A stretch of 64,000 nt of DNA, taken from Ophelia neglecta (lineage: Eukaryota). Location: the NCBI GenBank assembly GCA_965285935.1, contig OZ260666.1, forward strand, positions 49,600,001 to 49,664,000. Reading direction: 5' to 3'. The position numbers and the translations under genes are program-made. Of this stretch, positions 62,242 through 64,000 are shown in pieces. Under the pieces are notes generated by a model, which saw nothing but the letters and a program-made list of their open reading frames with translations, had not been told where the DNA came from and ran no database searches. How positions within the stretch are numbered: the stretch's first letter is position 1; every line of letters starts with the position of its first letter.

Positions 62242-62499
62242 ATGCGAATATCTGTGAGGTCGTGCTGAAAGGGATCGTGGGGTCGTGCTGAGAGTTACTT
62301 GGTACTGTTTATCTGGATAATTCAAGACGCCCGAATATTCTATAAACCTAAAATTGGTGTTGACAATTTGTCGTAATCGATAAGTGATATTGAAAACGCG
62401 GGACTACGCTTCGCAATACAGTTGTAAAGCAGCACACCAAATATCTCTCAGAACGACTCCACGATCTCTTTCAGCACGACAGCGCACAGCTTTTCGCAT
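62242..62499. mobile_element. Fold-back / MITE-like long inverted repeat
   Basis: GTCGTGCTGAAAGGGATCGTGGGGTCGTGCTGAGAG (62259-94) versus reverse complement of 62445-80 (33/36 identical), with weaker pairing extending on both sides. Termini and TSD not resolved. Confidence 0.7.
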
Positions 62500-64000
62500 T
62501 TGCCATTGGCCGTTGCGTGACGATGTTTGCTAACCGTTGTGATCCTCCTTATGCATGTGAATAAGTCCGATTTAGCCCTCGTATATAATTCTATTTATTA
62601 AATATAATCTATTTTCTGCACTAATTATACTATATCTGTCGAGTAACAGGTTGACCGCGTGATATGACCAGTCAACATACTCTCTTTTCTCTATGAATTG
62701 GACATGGGTTGATTTGATTGATTGGACAACACTATTAGAAAATAGGGCAAAGTGTGACAATTGAAATCAATATTGTATTCGACAATCGAAAGCACAGCCG
62801 TCAGCGGGTCTAATATTTATATCCAATGAGTAGGCCGGGGGGGGGGGGCACTCTGTACGGCTTAAAATATAACAAATGTTGCACTACTTCAATAGTTACG
62901 AATCAATATTGAACTTTTTTGATGTAAATGTATATCTCATTAAACAGCGTACCTAATAATGTATGAGAAAGATGCACAAAGGGCCACCACACATTCCAAT
63001 AAGGTAAATGGCATTTGGAACTTACGCCTAACATAAACAGAAATCGTATTGCATACAACACCCGTGGCTCGTGCTGAGCATCTGCATGGGTGGCGGCCAT
63101 AAATCTTGACAAGTTTTTCTTCGACATTTCGAATGATTTATATTCCTTGCACAGTACATGCAGCCAGTGATGGATTAAACTCGTGATGACCCCACAGATA
63201 AATATTTTCGCCAGAGTTTTGTGAATAGGCCTGTGTATAATTCCACTGAGCAGTTTGACCATTTAGTGGTACTCCAGACATATGTGCAAGGATTTGAACT
63301 CAACCGCTATCGAACAACAGTGGGAACTAAAATGATGGTCATTAGCCTTATCCCCAAGTCAAATTCTTACTACTGAGTTGTATGTTGACGAGGCACATTG
63401 CCGATGTTACATTTTGAGAACATCGATTGGGCTGAGCCTGACATTAAATGGGCTAGGTGCATGTCTGCCGGACATGGAGGGCCTCATTAGGCATGATATC
63501 GTACACCTTCAGATAAAATAACCATCATACAAGAGATCTGCGCTGTAATCTACGGCTTTTACATAATTATACGTACTACGAACTGCATTGATCCGTGCGT
63601 TTTATTAATTAATATAGAAATAATATTACCAAAATTTACTCAAAACAGTCGTAAGGTGGAATTTATTAGGCCTCCCATTTTTCATAATAAATAGATTCAC
63701 ATTCAATAACAAAGGCACCTACCGAAGTCAATCTCCTTTGAAAAGTTGAAGGTAAATAATCCAGGAAATAATGGCCTTGAGTTGATATCAACCAATTTCC
63801 GACGGATGGGTTGTACACAAAACCAATCACGGTATTTTAGTAGGTGACCACATCAACAGACTTTATTGCAAAAGAGAACACTGTAAGCTAGCACTTGCAG
63901 GAAAACGGCGTATCCACAGTTTCCTCTTTCCTTTACGTTACATTCTATTGTTGCGACAACTCGTACCTTTCGCCGCGCGCACTCACTTCCTCTCACTCCC

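Noticed and set aside
62903-63380. 119-aa minus-strand ORF, a CC..D.C (PLA2-like) string and a 66-codon plus-strand frame
   Set aside because: No consistent frame or catalytic His-Asp; not distinguishable from chance.

Overview
AT-rich, gene-poor eukaryotic (animal) genomic DNA with one 186-N assembly gap. The repeat content (a Meta/MESC-type SINE, two LINE clades, Harbinger-, pogo/Tigger- and CACTA-type MITEs) points to an invertebrate, probably a mollusc or other lophotrochozoan; this is inference. There is no sign of prokaryotic operons, CRISPR arrays or rRNA. The only well-supported host gene is a small spliced dispanin/CD225 (IFITM/PRRT1-like) gene on the minus strand (38155-38635). Less certain host-gene traces are a decayed glycosyltransferase-family-92-like locus (about 5.6-8.3 kb, minus), a possible frameshifted second dispanin copy behind an NRF-1+TATA promoter (about 32.5-32.9 kb, plus), and orphan exon-like segments at 57.4-59.2 kb. 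Most ORFs in the supplied track are chance ORFs. The most interesting signals are: (i) two LINE 3' tails that share an RNA structure with a compensatory base-pair change; (ii) an unnamed ~100-bp repeat seen five times only around the dispanin gene, including one head-to-head pair; (iii) a Harbinger-type deletion derivative that retains a TATA box, Kozak ATG and short ORF; (iv) a tRNA-Ala(GGC)-like element with a D-loop insertion. I cannot claim a new biological system. All family assignments were made by eye from motifs and none was confirmed by a database search.
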